Below are positions 62,241-64,000 of a stretch of DNA of 64,000 nt, piece by piece; within the stretch, counting starts at the first letter, position 1, and every line of letters starts with the position of its first letter. This stretch comes from the human T2T-CHM13v2.0 reference genome, Homo sapiens. The stretch lies in NCBI RefSeq assembly GCF_009914755.1, contig NC_060926.1. One strand, given 5' to 3'. The notes under the pieces were generated by a model. The model worked only from the letters and a program-made list of their open reading frames with translations. It had not been told where the DNA came from and did not search any database. Both the position numbers and the translations under genes were made by a program.

Positions 62241-63317
62241 CTGCGACACAAAAGAAAAGAGATACTTCAACCACAAAAACGAGTGGATTTTTACAATTTA
62301 CCTGCAAACACAATGTTAATAATACTAGTGCCTACATTTCATATTTGACTTAATAACATGATACTTTTCTCTGGGCATGCCATATCTACTATTGTTAAAT
62401 GATTTCCTTTCATCTTCAAGAAGGAAATGTAATGATAGAAAAATATAGCTTGTCCTAAGGTTGAACTGGTTGTAATGTTTAAAATGATAGAACTTCAGTT
62501 ACATTCTCTTTAGACATTTGCATGTCATGCAGTGGAAGCAGAGACAAGATTTTGACATATTCAGTGACTTTGAGAAAAAGACAGTCCTAAGAAGAGTCAT
62601 CAGGAAAGGTTTGATCTGGGCTTGTAGTTGCCTTCTGGGACAGGAAATGAGAAAAATCTCCACTTTTGGTTTGCAGAAAAATCAATCAAAAAGAGAGCTG
62701 AGAAGATCAAGATATGAAAAGTCTAAAATAGATACCTTTGAAGGCTGTAGAAAAAAAATCTCTATCTTTGTTACTAATGAGCAAAAGGTTTCAGTACGCA
62801 GTATATATGGCACAAATAATTGTAGAGAAAATAATTTTTTAAATAAAGAGGGTGATTTATTATGGTATTTGAGCATCTTAGATACATTTGACTCTTTTCA
62901 GAGTGGCAGTTATAAGACATTATAATAAAGCTAGCTATTTCTATATAAGGATTTGAACCATCTTAAAATAATAGAAAGTAAAAACCCAAATTACAGTAAA
63001 GTAGCAGGTTATTGTGTTGTAATAATTGTAGGTGATATGCACTTTAATTTTAGTTAACTGTTTGAATAGCCAAAATCAAAGCCATCTTGTTTTTGGAGCA
63101 CAGTCACTATACCACTTCTTGGTCTCAAAACCATCCAAGATGATCTTCTAATAGTCCAATCATCTAGCATTTGTCTGCATTTTAATGCCAATACTTGTCT
63201 ATAAAAGTTACTCTCCTGCCCATGATGGTAGATGTGTATAAATGGCAGGTTCTCCTCTTAGAGTAACAAATCTGTTCAGTTCCTTAGATAGTAAGGTAAA
63301 GTAGAAGATGAAATCCT

Positions 63318-63600
63318 GGCCAGGCGCGGTGCTTCACACCTGTAATCCCAGCACTTTGGGAGGCTGAGGCGGGCAGATCACGAGGTCAGGAGTTCGAGAA
63401 CAGCCTGACGAACGTGGTGAAACCTAGTCTCTCCTGAAAATACAAAAATTAGCCAGGTGTGGTGGCACACACCTATAATCCCAGCTATTCAGGAGGCTCA
63501 GGCAGGAGAATAGCTTGAACCCGGGAGGGGGAGGTTGCAGTGAGCCGAGATCTCCAGCCTGGTGACAGAGCAAGACTCCATCAAAATATATACATATAAA
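63318..63600 (+). mobile_element. AluS-family (Sg-like) element with short right-arm deletion, antisense to TTN
   Basis: GGCCAGGCGCGGTG...GCAGATCACGAGGTCAGGAG; flanked by AGAAGATGAAATCCT / AGAAAATGAAATCTT probable TSD. Confidence 0.93.
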
Positions 63601-63609
63601 GAAAATGAA

Positions 63610-63800
63610 ATCTTGACACTACAACTTGTCAGCTGTGTGGCCTTGGAAATGTCATTTAAGCTTTCTGGATTAGTCTTTTCATTTGTAAAATGGCATGCGT
63701 AATAATTTATGGGCTATTCGTTGCATATAATTGCTGTGAGAATTAAATGATATAACACACATGGAAGGGCTTTATAAGCCACTGGCACAAGTCAGTCATT
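63610..63800 (+). mobile_element. MIR SINE fragment
   Basis: AGCTGTGTGGCCTTGG...TCATTTGTAAAATGG...TGTGAGAATTAAATGA MIR core. Confidence 0.8.
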
Positions 63801-63914
63801 ATAGCAAGAATATCTAACATCACAGATGGAAGCAACGTTGTCTTCAATAACACGCCAAAAGACAGTGCCATGTGATATAACATGAAACACCACCCCTATT
63901 TAGTTTGTGTGAAG

Positions 63915-63916
<2 letters not shown>

Positions 63917-63950
<34 letters not shown>
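63917..63950. repeat. (GT)17 microsatellite
   Basis: Read directly. Confidence 0.97.
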
Positions 63951-63953
<3 letters not shown>

Positions 63954-64000
63954 ATCATCAATGGTACATCCTCTTACAAGGTTCTCTGCTTATTTCTACT

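Noticed and set aside
62294-62312. TTTGCAG|GTAAAT recursive-splice-like site 60 nt upstream of exon 44 acceptor
   Set aside because: Single short motif, remaining intron would be about 60 nt; no other support.

Overview
Human (primate, Alu-containing) genomic DNA lying entirely inside the titin gene TTN, transcribed on the minus strand. Reading 5'->3' along the gene (high to low coordinates) I can place 70 consecutive exons with canonical AG/GT boundaries, corresponding to exons 44-113 in the genomic numbering that counts Novex-3 as exon 48 (numbering recalled, not looked up): end of the proximal tandem-Ig segment, Novex-1, Novex-2, the 57-nt exon 47, the terminal exon Novex-3, cardiac N2B (2781 nt), I27, the differentially spliced middle Ig segment (3x6 then 3x10 one-exon-one-Ig super-repeats), the N2A element and the first PEVK exons. 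Introns hold six Alus (two young AluY in tandem), L1 and MER2 remnants, MIRs and simple repeats. The best unexplained signals cluster in the Novex region: (1) one intronic 'docking' sequence complementary to two different downstream sites, each next to a consensus 5' splice site just upstream of the Novex-3 acceptor (Dscam-like competing RNA pairing, inferred); (2) a decayed Novex-like exon in intron 46; (3) a ~12-copy perfect 30-bp self-complementary tandem array between Novex-1 and Novex-2; plus (4) systematic non-consensus +3 pyrimidine donors across the skippable Ig cassette. All functional readings of these are hypotheses from sequence only.
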